Source: a virus
Taxonomy: Duplodnaviria; Caudoviricetes
DNA length: 55,678 nt
IMG/VR virus record: IMGVR_UViG_3300020451_000899
Coordinates: 1 to 55,678 of that record
Reading direction: 5' to 3' (one strand)
Part shown: positions 48,564 to 55,678 of the stretch, piece after piece
Layout: each line of letters opens with the position of its first letter
Numbering within the stretch: position 1 is the stretch's first letter
Made by a program: the position numbers and the translations under genes
Notes under the pieces: model-generated
Databases searched by the model: none
What the model was told of the DNA's origin: nothing
What the model saw: only the letters and a program-made list of their open reading frames with translations

Positions 48564-48617
48564 TGACGGATAATAAGTTGAATCTAGAATTAACTAGATG
48601 ATAATATGAATCCGTCA
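48564..48617. repeat. Structured non-coding element, copy C
   Basis: TGACGGAT-AATAAGTTGA-ATCTAG-aattaa-CTAGAT-GATAATATGA-ATCCGTCA. Confidence 0.85.
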
Positions 48618-48656
48618 TGTATCAATGTGTTTTACAACTGTCGTTTTTCTGGCTCG

Positions 48657-49361
48657 TCAGACCTTGGGCTGTCTGTCAAGGGTATCTTCTCTGGTTCCGG
48701 CTTGTTCATCATAATGCTCTTTGATTTTAGGGTATAATTTATTTACTGCTATAACGCTTGCTTCATTGTCTGATGGGTAATGAACTCCCTGTAATATTCT
48801 AGCCAAAGCGCAGTACTTTGCCAATTCAAAAAAATCTTTTTTATGTTCAATATATTTGTTAGACAAAACGTGGGCTATCAATTCTGCATACATTGTGTGA
48901 CCACTGGGATAAGACGGGGTGTAATGCGTCTCTGTGTATAAGATATTAATTTTCTTATTGTAATATGGAGCTATTTGTTCTGGCCTCGCTCTATTAAAAT
49001 AATACTTTAAAGCATACATGTATTGTTCTAACACATTGTAATAACTATTAATAGTGGCTACAGGGAAGCTCAAATTTCTTTGCTCTAAGAAAGGTAGAAA
49101 TATATTAACGGGTGAATCATCAACATTATATACTAAGTCAATTTCCCTCCTAGTCCTAGACCGTGTAGCTTCTATAATAGCGTCTAATTCTCTAGACGTT
49201 GTTGCGCTACTGTTTTTAGGTGGTGCTGGTATAATACTCTTAAAGTCTATATCAAGTGTAGAAATATGATCATCGTATGACACTTTATTTGCTAAGTAAG
49301 CAACGTCATCTATATCTCTGCTAGTATCTATAATTTTGGCTACGTTATTTATTAAGCTCAT
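48657..49361 (-). CDS. PAP2-superfamily (class A acid phosphatase/haloperoxidase-like) phosphatase
   Basis: K-x6-RP (KYYFNRARP), PSYPSGH, ARILQGVHYPSD. Confidence 0.88.
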   Translation of the reverse strand: MSLINNVAKIIDTSRDIDDVAYLANKVSYDDHISTLDIDFKSIIPAPPKNSSATTSRELDAIIEATRSRTRREIDLVYNVDDSPVNIFLPFLEQRNLSFPVATINSYYNVLEQYMYALKYYFNRARPEQIAPYYNKKINILYTETHYTPSYPSGHTMYAELIAHVLSNKYIEHKKDFFELAKYCALARILQGVHYPSDNEASVIAVNKLYPKIKEHYDEQAGTREDTLDRQPKV

Positions 49362-49566
49362 ATTTTCTCTCGGTAAATACTTTTTCTAATCTTTGGACTA
49401 ATTTAGTACCCGCTCTACGTCTAAAACATGGTAGTAAACCATGTATACATAAATATACACCAGCTCTTATGCATACGAGACCATGACCCACGGCAAATTT
49501 TAAATGTTGCCAATAGGTCATATTATTCTCTGCTAAATGCTCGTTCCATTTCTTTTTTAGTGCCAT
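49345..49566 (-). CDS. Small DUF6356-like protein
   Basis: HL.EN.MTYWQHL.FA.....IHGLLP.F pattern; start placed just after the upstream stop. Confidence 0.6.
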   Translation of the reverse strand: MALKKKWNEHLAENNMTYWQHLKFAVGHGLVCIRAGVYLCIHGLLPCFRRRAGTKLVQRLEKVFTERKYELNK

Positions 49567-49567
49567 A

Positions 49568-50071
49568 TTACCAAGCCTTGCAAGACCAGTATCGAGCCTT
49601 CCAGCGTGGTCCGGGATTTTCACAATTATGTCTGGCTCTAAAACTTTTGCGTCTAGCCGGATCGTTTTTCTTAATCTTCATGTTGGGATCGCCAAAATTT
49701 ACTTTGACAACATTACCAGAACCATTTTTTACGTAAACGCTTCTCTTCTTAGGACCATCGGGAGTTAAGAATGGTTTGCCCAATTTAACTTTTCTACCTT
49801 GATATTCTGCTGATTGAGCCTTTTTCCAAGCCTCTGGGTCTGGCCTATCTTTGTCGCCCCTCTTAGCAGGCTTGTAGTTCTTGCCTTCTCGCTCCTTCTT
49901 CTTGCGAATATTTTCCCACAAGGAAGCAGCGTCATGCTCTTCTTCTTCTTCGCCAAAATCTTCATACTCTGCTTCTGCTGGAAGATAGAAGTTTTCTTCT
50001 GTCAATTCTTCAGTAAAACCATAGGTTTCTGCATTATATGTAGCGTCTGTTTCATTAACATAGTCGAACAT
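49568..50071 (-). CDS. DUF6321-like basic-domain protein with acidic N-terminus
   Basis: AEYQGRKVKL.KP...V.FGDPNM.IKK..PARRKSFRARHNC....ARYWSC..W, a module common in aquatic phages. Confidence 0.65.
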   Translation of the reverse strand: MFDYVNETDATYNAETYGFTEELTEENFYLPAEAEYEDFGEEEEEHDAASLWENIRKKKEREGKNYKPAKRGDKDRPDPEAWKKAQSAEYQGRKVKLGKPFLTPDGPKKRSVYVKNGSGNVVKVNFGDPNMKIKKNDPARRKSFRARHNCENPGPRWKARYWSCKAW

Positions 50072-50084
50072 TTGTATCTCCTTG

Positions 50085-51032
50085 TTATGTTGGTTGAGGC
50101 TCTTGAGCCTGTGTGGGCTTATTGTTATGTTTGATATATTCTATTTCTTCAGTAGTTATCTTTCTTTTGAGCGCCCTCTTACAAGCCTGCTCAAGCAAAT
50201 CATCTAAAATATGGACTCTTGTATTTTGTCCCCCAAGATATCTTGGTAAAAAGTTTTGATATACATCTTGAATGAATGGGTCTTTTGGAGTCTGTTTTAA
50301 TTCCATCCAGCCGGTAAAGTAATTCCATATTCTATCCTCTAGACGTAGTGGATATTTTACACCATCTGGCCTACCAAATCTATGAAGCCATTTAAATTCC
50401 GGCAAGCAAATTGATCTACCGCCATTTAGTCTAAACTTCTCATGTATATATCCTTCTTCTCCACCAAATCCTCTAAATAGTTTACTAAATCCTAACCAGT
50501 TTTCAGTCTCGCAAGAGAATACTCCTAACCCCTGCATGGGAATGTCAAAAGGTTGTTTAGTTGCCAAGCCCTTATCGTCTCTAGCCCATTGACCGTACAT
50601 GTCTCCACCCCACGTAGGCTTAAAGTGTGTCGCACATCCTTTTAAATCGTCGTATAACATTGGTCCCTGTACGATGTCTTTGCAGTGTGGGTTTTTCATG
50701 TAATATTTTAAAAGCGCATCTAACGATCCAGTAGGGAACAGTACGTGGCAGTCCATACTGATAGTATATTTTCCTGTAGCGTTTTGAAATATAAGATTTC
50801 GATTTGAAGTAGATTGTTTTTTATCATAAGGAATATATTTAATTTCTTTGTTCCAGTTCATTAAACCTTGTATGGCTTCAGCATGTTTGGACTTGGGATT
50901 ATTATCTATGACTATTAATTCTACTTCACCATCTTTTACTAATTGATGATACATTTTTAATGCCTGTATGGAAAACCATACGCCATGAAAATCATCATAA
51001 TTACACATTCCAATAGTAAGTAATTTTTCCAT
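50085..51032 (-). CDS. GT-A glycosyltransferase with polypeptide GalNAc-transferase-like motifs
   Basis: IVIDN, RN..F..ATG.Y...MDCH (DxH), PMQGLGVF, GFGGEE......GG...LP....HRF. Confidence 0.8.
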   Translation of the reverse strand: MEKLLTIGMCNYDDFHGVWFSIQALKMYHQLVKDGEVELIVIDNNPKSKHAEAIQGLMNWNKEIKYIPYDKKQSTSNRNLIFQNATGKYTISMDCHVLFPTGSLDALLKYYMKNPHCKDIVQGPMLYDDLKGCATHFKPTWGGDMYGQWARDDKGLATKQPFDIPMQGLGVFSCETENWLGFSKLFRGFGGEEGYIHEKFRLNGGRSICLPEFKWLHRFGRPDGVKYPLRLEDRIWNYFTGWMELKQTPKDPFIQDVYQNFLPRYLGGQNTRVHILDDLLEQACKRALKRKITTEEIEYIKHNNKPTQAQEPQPT

Positions 51033-51044
51033 TTTTTATTCCTT

Positions 51045-52070
51045 TTATCCGGGAGCTTCATAAAATCCAATATCGAAACCCTTCCTGCTACACTCAGATA
51101 TGGTCTTTTCCATACCGTGTTTATGGAGGTGCTTCTCTATATACATACACATATTTTGGTTTGTTTCAGGCCAGTTGTTCTTGCAAAAATGGCACAATTT
51201 GGTGCATTTCCAGTGGCTTCTGTCGCCAGAAATTGGCTTTGGTAGGTCGTTTTGTTGTATATCCTGAAATCTCTGTTTTAGCATATCTAGGAATCTAGCC
51301 TGATCAGCAATGTCAAAACACATAGAAAAAGGACCGCCATCTTTTACGAAGAAAATAGACATGATTGCCTGCTTGTATTGTGGGAAAAGCTTCGAAATAG
51401 CGTAATTGTAAAGCAATAGCTGGGGGTCTGAGCATAGTTTTTCATATGTTTTTTCTTCCCCTGTAGCCCAATCAATTCTCTTGCCTGTCTTCCAATCAAT
51501 TACTTCGATAGTCTCATCATCCACCTGAGTCACTAAGTCGATTGTTCCTTTAATTGCTAATTGTCCCTCTACTTCTTTTCCGTCTGGCATTTTATACTTA
51601 AACTTGGCCCAATCTTCTTCAATAGGTATATCAAAATGTGGCTCAGGAGCTACAATTTGACGTTTTCTGGGGTCAAATTGACCCTCGTTAAAGTCTAGGG
51701 TTTGCCACACTAATTGCCTACAGGTCTGCTTATCGCCTTTATACCAATCGTGTACAGAGGTACTAACATAAAAATCATAACTCAAATCTAAGAGGTGGCC
51801 TACCAATTCTTCGTCAAAAAGTCCAGATCTGTCCCAAGAGACATTCTTTAAAGCGTCGTCATTAATTTTCAGTTTTCTAACCCGCTTGCTAGCATCTTGG
51901 TCTGCTTGTTTAAATTGAGCTAGACATTCCATTACCTTGTGTACGATAGTGCCAAGTTCTGCCTTTTTACCACTTACAGATTGGTGTCCTAGAACATATG
52001 TAATAAAATATTGCATTTGACAATATGCATAATTATTATAACTAGATGATCTTATATATGTAATTAGCAT
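51045..52070 (-). CDS. PD-(D/E)xK exonuclease, Cas4/RecB-like
   Basis: S.Y..C...Y, GT.VH..ME, E..F, GTIDLV, IDWKTG, QL..Y, C-terminal C-x3-C-x2-C. Confidence 0.85.
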   Translation of the reverse strand: MLITYIRSSSYNNYAYCQMQYFITYVLGHQSVSGKKAELGTIVHKVMECLAQFKQADQDASKRVRKLKINDDALKNVSWDRSGLFDEELVGHLLDLSYDFYVSTSVHDWYKGDKQTCRQLVWQTLDFNEGQFDPRKRQIVAPEPHFDIPIEEDWAKFKYKMPDGKEVEGQLAIKGTIDLVTQVDDETIEVIDWKTGKRIDWATGEEKTYEKLCSDPQLLLYNYAISKLFPQYKQAIMSIFFVKDGGPFSMCFDIADQARFLDMLKQRFQDIQQNDLPKPISGDRSHWKCTKLCHFCKNNWPETNQNMCMYIEKHLHKHGMEKTISECSRKGFDIGFYEAPG

Positions 52071-52795
52071 TATTTACTCCATAGATGGTTGATTTTTTTT
52101 AATTCTTCCTGAAGACTACTCAATGTTTGATCGTGATTATTGACCGTGTAATCAAAATTTTTCCAATCATAATTAGATGGATCTAAAGCAGATTCACACC
52201 TATGGTCATCAGAATATAAGTCTCTTGTCAAACGTATTACAATGCCACCAGCTTTGTGTATTGCTTCTATCTCATTTGGGAACCTAACGTCTGGAATTAA
52301 TGCAATTTCTGATTGTTCTAGTTTTATCATTTTAATAGCATAGTCTACCCACACGGTGTCTTTTATTTTTCTCATAACATCTGTGCCAAAGTATTGTAAG
52401 AATTCTCTAGCAGTCATCTGATGTTTCCATCCATTCTGTGTGTATGGAGTCTTTGTATTTTTATCATCATCTGTTCCATAAACCTGCTCTGGTTTGAGGT
52501 CAAAAAATTCTACGCATAGATTTTTAAGGGAGTCTGCAAAATGATACACTTTGATAAAAGGCCACAAATTTTCTTGGGCATAATATAAAAAATCTTTGTC
52601 TTTTCTGGTGACATCAAATACTCCCCACCCCAACTTTCCGAGACTGTTGGTTGTTTCTACTTCTAGACTACCTGTATCATTAATGTTAAAATTAGATATC
52701 ATCTCTTTGGTCTTTAAAACTTCGCCATTTATAAAATTAGCTACAGTATTTTTACCAGACTGTTTTCTTCCAGAAATTCCTATAATTTTCGTCAT
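52070..52795 (-). CDS. Deoxynucleoside monophosphate kinase
   Basis: GISGRKQSGKNT P-loop, FADSLK, REFLQYFGTD..R, DVRFPNE. Confidence 0.9.
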   Translation of the reverse strand: MTKIIGISGRKQSGKNTVANFINGEVLKTKEMISNFNINDTGSLEVETTNSLGKLGWGVFDVTRKDKDFLYYAQENLWPFIKVYHFADSLKNLCVEFFDLKPEQVYGTDDDKNTKTPYTQNGWKHQMTAREFLQYFGTDVMRKIKDTVWVDYAIKMIKLEQSEIALIPDVRFPNEIEAIHKAGGIVIRLTRDLYSDDHRCESALDPSNYDWKNFDYTVNNHDQTLSSLQEELKKINHLWSK

Positions 52796-53817
52796 TAATA
52801 CGTTCCTCTCAAATTGTTCAAAATGTCTTTCTTTATTTTGTACGTAGTCATATCTCCAATATCTTTGTCTGTCAATCTTGGAAATGTCAGTTTATACATC
52901 CTGCCAAATTGTCTTTGCATTTGTATTCTAGCCTCTCTCCCAGCCTGATCATTGTCCATCAGAATAACCAAGTGTGTAATTGAAAGTTTTTTCATTTGTT
53001 CTTCCTGCTGCTTTGATATAGTCTTGCCAAATACGCTTACAGCATTTTTTACGCCTGACTCGTGCAGCTTCCAAACATCTCCCTGCCCCTCTAATATATA
53101 TAAGCATTTAGTTTCTTGAGCTGTTGGCAACGCTCTGTGATAATTATAAAAGTAATTTCGTTTCTCAAACCCTTTTGGATATAGTAGAAACTTTGGCATT
53201 TTGTATTCTTTAATTGATCTGCCAATGACTCCCACAAGCTTGCTGCCATCTGCGCCATGTATGGGTATGACTGCCCTTTCTTTCATTATACCTTTTTCGT
53301 AGCAATCTCCCACACCAAAATATTTCATGGTTGACTTTTTAAACCCTCTACCTATAAAATATTCTGAAGGATCGTCGCAACTATATATGTTTTTAATTTC
53401 ATGTTCACAATGTTCGTTTTGTTCATGTCTGAGAGATTTAATTATTCTGTAGAATTCATCTTCTGGTTCTTCTGCAACCTCAACTTTGCTCGTAGACCCT
53501 GTGCTTTTTATATTAAACTCTTTGTATATCCATTTTAATACGTCTTTAAACTCTACATCAGCACCGTTTTGAGTTGACAATACACCCCTGATTAATCCAA
53601 ATATATCATTATTATAATGGTTTTGACAATCTCTTGTCCAGCACTTCCACATGCCTCTAGATTGACAGAAAGAAAACGCTCTAGGATTATCACTGTCTTC
53701 ATGTACAGGACAGGTGGAGTATATATTATCTCCAAAGCACTCACATTCCATACCAAGTTTTTTGAATACTAATTCTGACTTACTGTTCAGAATCTTCTTC
53801 ATCTGTTTCAAGTCCAT
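52795..53817 (-). CDS. dnaG: DNA primase (DnaG-like)
   Basis: CPVH...WKCWTRDC zinc finger; GRS...KF; TOPRIM EGQGD and MDNDQAG. Confidence 0.92.
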   Translation of the reverse strand: MDLKQMKKILNSKSELVFKKLGMECECFGDNIYSTCPVHEDSDNPRAFSFCQSRGMWKCWTRDCQNHYNNDIFGLIRGVLSTQNGADVEFKDVLKWIYKEFNIKSTGSTSKVEVAEEPEDEFYRIIKSLRHEQNEHCEHEIKNIYSCDDPSEYFIGRGFKKSTMKYFGVGDCYEKGIMKERAVIPIHGADGSKLVGVIGRSIKEYKMPKFLLYPKGFEKRNYFYNYHRALPTAQETKCLYILEGQGDVWKLHESGVKNAVSVFGKTISKQQEEQMKKLSITHLVILMDNDQAGREARIQMQRQFGRMYKLTFPRLTDKDIGDMTTYKIKKDILNNLRGTY

Positions 53818-55249
53818 CTTTTATTTTATCCATGTCTGCTACAAGCCCAGTATCGCCTACTGGTGCGTTTTTAAATTCATTTCTTGTTTTCAATTCTATT
53901 AACTTAGCATGTGCGCCTTGCATTTGCATATTAATATAATCTCCATCGTCCATCCCAGCGCCGTGTCTGGAAACAATGGGTACTAGTTTTCTATTTCCAG
54001 CGTTCGGTCCATCTTCGGCAAGCTCTTCTACTGATTTAGCTTTAAATATAGTGAACGATGTGCATAACCAAATAAGTCTATCAGATCCACTTACGGCATC
54101 TGTGCTTTCTTTAGTTATACCATCCCTATTCAACTGAACAAAGGACAGGCATGGTATATCAAGTTTAACACATAGGTTGTGCAGAGATGTGATCTGAAAT
54201 CCTAAAGCTTGGTACTCCTGAATATTATTTGTAATAGAAGAAGACGACATAAGTTTAAGATAATCATATATAATAACGCAGTCGTTTGTCTTGCCCGTCT
54301 CATCTGTTTTAACTTCTTGCACAACCCAACGTCTAATCATATTGAGTATGCCCTCAAAAGGCTTACCTGCAACGCTAATGTAGCTATACGGAATAGATCC
54401 CAACTTCTCTACTGCGTCCTGAACTTTTTCGTGTTTGATGGAATCTTCTACAAATTTACCAGTTGCCACTTCATTTATAGGAACGCCACTTATGTTGGCG
54501 ATGAGTCTATTTAAGTGATCCTCTTTAGACATCTCTGTGTCTAAGACTAATACCTTTATGCCTTCAGAGGCTACGTTAAGGGCAACATTATCAGCAAATA
54601 CCGACTTGCCAACTTTTGGTCTTGCAGAAACAAGGTCAACGCATTTTCGTCGAAGACCGCCACCAATGGCTTCGTCGTATCGCGCAAATCCCGTGGGTAC
54701 ACCAATGATATCACATTTGTTTTCTTCCAGAAATTGTACATATTCTTCTATTCCTTCTCCTATTTTTTCAGGATTCTCACCACCGTCATCCTCTCTTAGA
54801 AAATCTGTAACAGGGTCTTCTAATTTTTGTATAATATCATTGATTGTGTCTGCGCCGCTAACAGTGTCCATGTCTTCATGAATTTTTAATGTTAGCTTTT
54901 TGATTTTTCGAGCAAATTCAAACTTTTTAATTTGTATAGCAAAGCTGAACACATTATCGCTGCTGATTGGAAAGTCATATAAGGATTTTACATAAGCTAA
55001 TTCCTGCTTAGTAGTGATGTTTTCTGAAATCCCAAGACTCTCAGCCGCAGCAAGCAAAGTAGCAATGTCTGGCTTTTGTTCTTGTTCTATGATATGCTCA
55101 ACGCATCTATATAATAGTTTATTATTATAATGAGCGAATGAGTCTTGCGATATAATGTCTGATATATTGATATACGCATCAATACCGTATTGCAACAGAC
55201 CAGAAAGTACAGCGCGTTCCGCACCTACATCAGATAATTTTTCTTGCAT
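53780..55249 (-). CDS. dnaB: Replicative DNA helicase (DnaB-like)
   Basis: AERAVLS N-terminal domain, GVPTGF, ARPKVGKS (Walker A), EM, IIYDYLKLM, QLNR, SRHG. Confidence 0.93.
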   Translation of the reverse strand: MQEKLSDVGAERAVLSGLLQYGIDAYINISDIISQDSFAHYNNKLLYRCVEHIIEQEQKPDIATLLAAAESLGISENITTKQELAYVKSLYDFPISSDNVFSFAIQIKKFEFARKIKKLTLKIHEDMDTVSGADTINDIIQKLEDPVTDFLREDDGGENPEKIGEGIEEYVQFLEENKCDIIGVPTGFARYDEAIGGGLRRKCVDLVSARPKVGKSVFADNVALNVASEGIKVLVLDTEMSKEDHLNRLIANISGVPINEVATGKFVEDSIKHEKVQDAVEKLGSIPYSYISVAGKPFEGILNMIRRWVVQEVKTDETGKTNDCVIIYDYLKLMSSSSITNNIQEYQALGFQITSLHNLCVKLDIPCLSFVQLNRDGITKESTDAVSGSDRLIWLCTSFTIFKAKSVEELAEDGPNAGNRKLVPIVSRHGAGMDDGDYINMQMQGAHAKLIELKTRNEFKNAPVGDTGLVADMDKIKDGLETDEEDSEQ

Positions 55250-55612
55250 TTATTGCCTACCAATACATCGGTCGCAACGATAATATTCACCAAAGACTAA
55301 AGTCGCATGTACTTTAAATGTTTTGCCACAGGCGTTACATGTGACTTCTTTTTTCTTAGGAGAGGGTCTATTCCTCGGCGTAGGAGAGGCTTGTGGAGTT
55401 TCTATATCTTTGTGTTCACCAGTATCTTCCCAAGCGTTCTCTCTAGCTTGTACCGACTGTCTACGTTTTTGAGGCTTGATAGGATTGGAAGCCCTATTCA
55501 TAGTAAAGTCTTCACTTACTGTCGTCTCCACCTCGTCTTCTTTTGATAAAGCTTGTTGTAGTGCAGCTTTTTGCTCATCAGTCAGCGTCTTTAAAAAATC
55601 TTCCATACTCAT
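55250..55612 (-). CDS. Hypothetical protein with C-terminal zinc finger
   Basis: CNACG...CDRC. Confidence 0.6.
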   Translation of the reverse strand: MSMEDFLKTLTDEQKAALQQALSKEDEVETTVSEDFTMNRASNPIKPQKRRQSVQARENAWEDTGEHKDIETPQASPTPRNRPSPKKKEVTCNACGKTFKVHATLVFGEYYRCDRCIGRQ

Positions 55613-55677
55613 GATCTTTTGCCTTTCTCCATTAGGATATCTGCTTTACGTTTTAGTTCATATATCTTGCCATCCAG
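55609..55677 (-). CDS. 3' end of an upstream gene, truncated by the window edge
   Basis: Open frame LDGKIYELKRKADILMEKGKRS* whose TGA overlaps the next ATG (ATGA). Confidence 0.5.
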   Translation of the reverse strand: MDGKIYELKRKADILMEKGKRS

Positions 55678-55678
55678 T

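Noticed and set aside
48517-48605. Bona fide CRISPR array
   Set aside because: Only two repeats, the intervening sequence pairs with the outer flanks, and there are no cas1/cas2 or effector genes; kept only as a mimic hypothesis.
52041-52050. ACTAGATGAT as a fourth copy of the hairpin element
   Set aside because: Lies in coding sequence and lacks the partner ATCTAG and the outer stem.
1-55678. Stop-codon recoding, tRNA genes, integrase or transposase
   Set aside because: The standard code gives near-complete coding density with TAA, TAG and TGA all used as stops; no cloverleaf or recombinase motifs were seen.

Overview
A 55.7 kb AT-rich segment of a large tailed dsDNA bacteriophage, most likely with a long non-contractile tail (no sheath gene is recognisable). 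It has two convergent, tightly packed gene blocks. The + strand (1-34913) carries neck and tail genes: an FG-GAP/Ig-like protein, head-tail joining proteins, tail tube, chaperone-like genes, a 1985-aa tape measure and several very large tail-tip or adhesin proteins. The - strand (55678-34996) carries DnaB helicase, primase, dNMP kinase, a Cas4/RecB-like nuclease, a DNA polymerase III alpha split into two intein-free genes around a DEDDh exonuclease, SSB and a Rad52-like annealase. These are interleaved with at least five glycosyltransferases plus methyltransferase, nucleotidyltransferase-like and PAP2 genes. Main unexplained signals: (1) three copies of a 52-54 nt non-coding hairpin with an invariant inner stem, a 10x10 internal loop and covarying outer stems, bracketing the polymerase/glycosyltransferase block; (2) a GT-A enzyme with polypeptide GalNAc-transferase-like motifs alongside Thr/Pro-rich virion linkers, suggesting phage-encoded protein O-glycosylation; (3) the split DnaE. 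All product calls come from motif recognition by eye; no searches were run.
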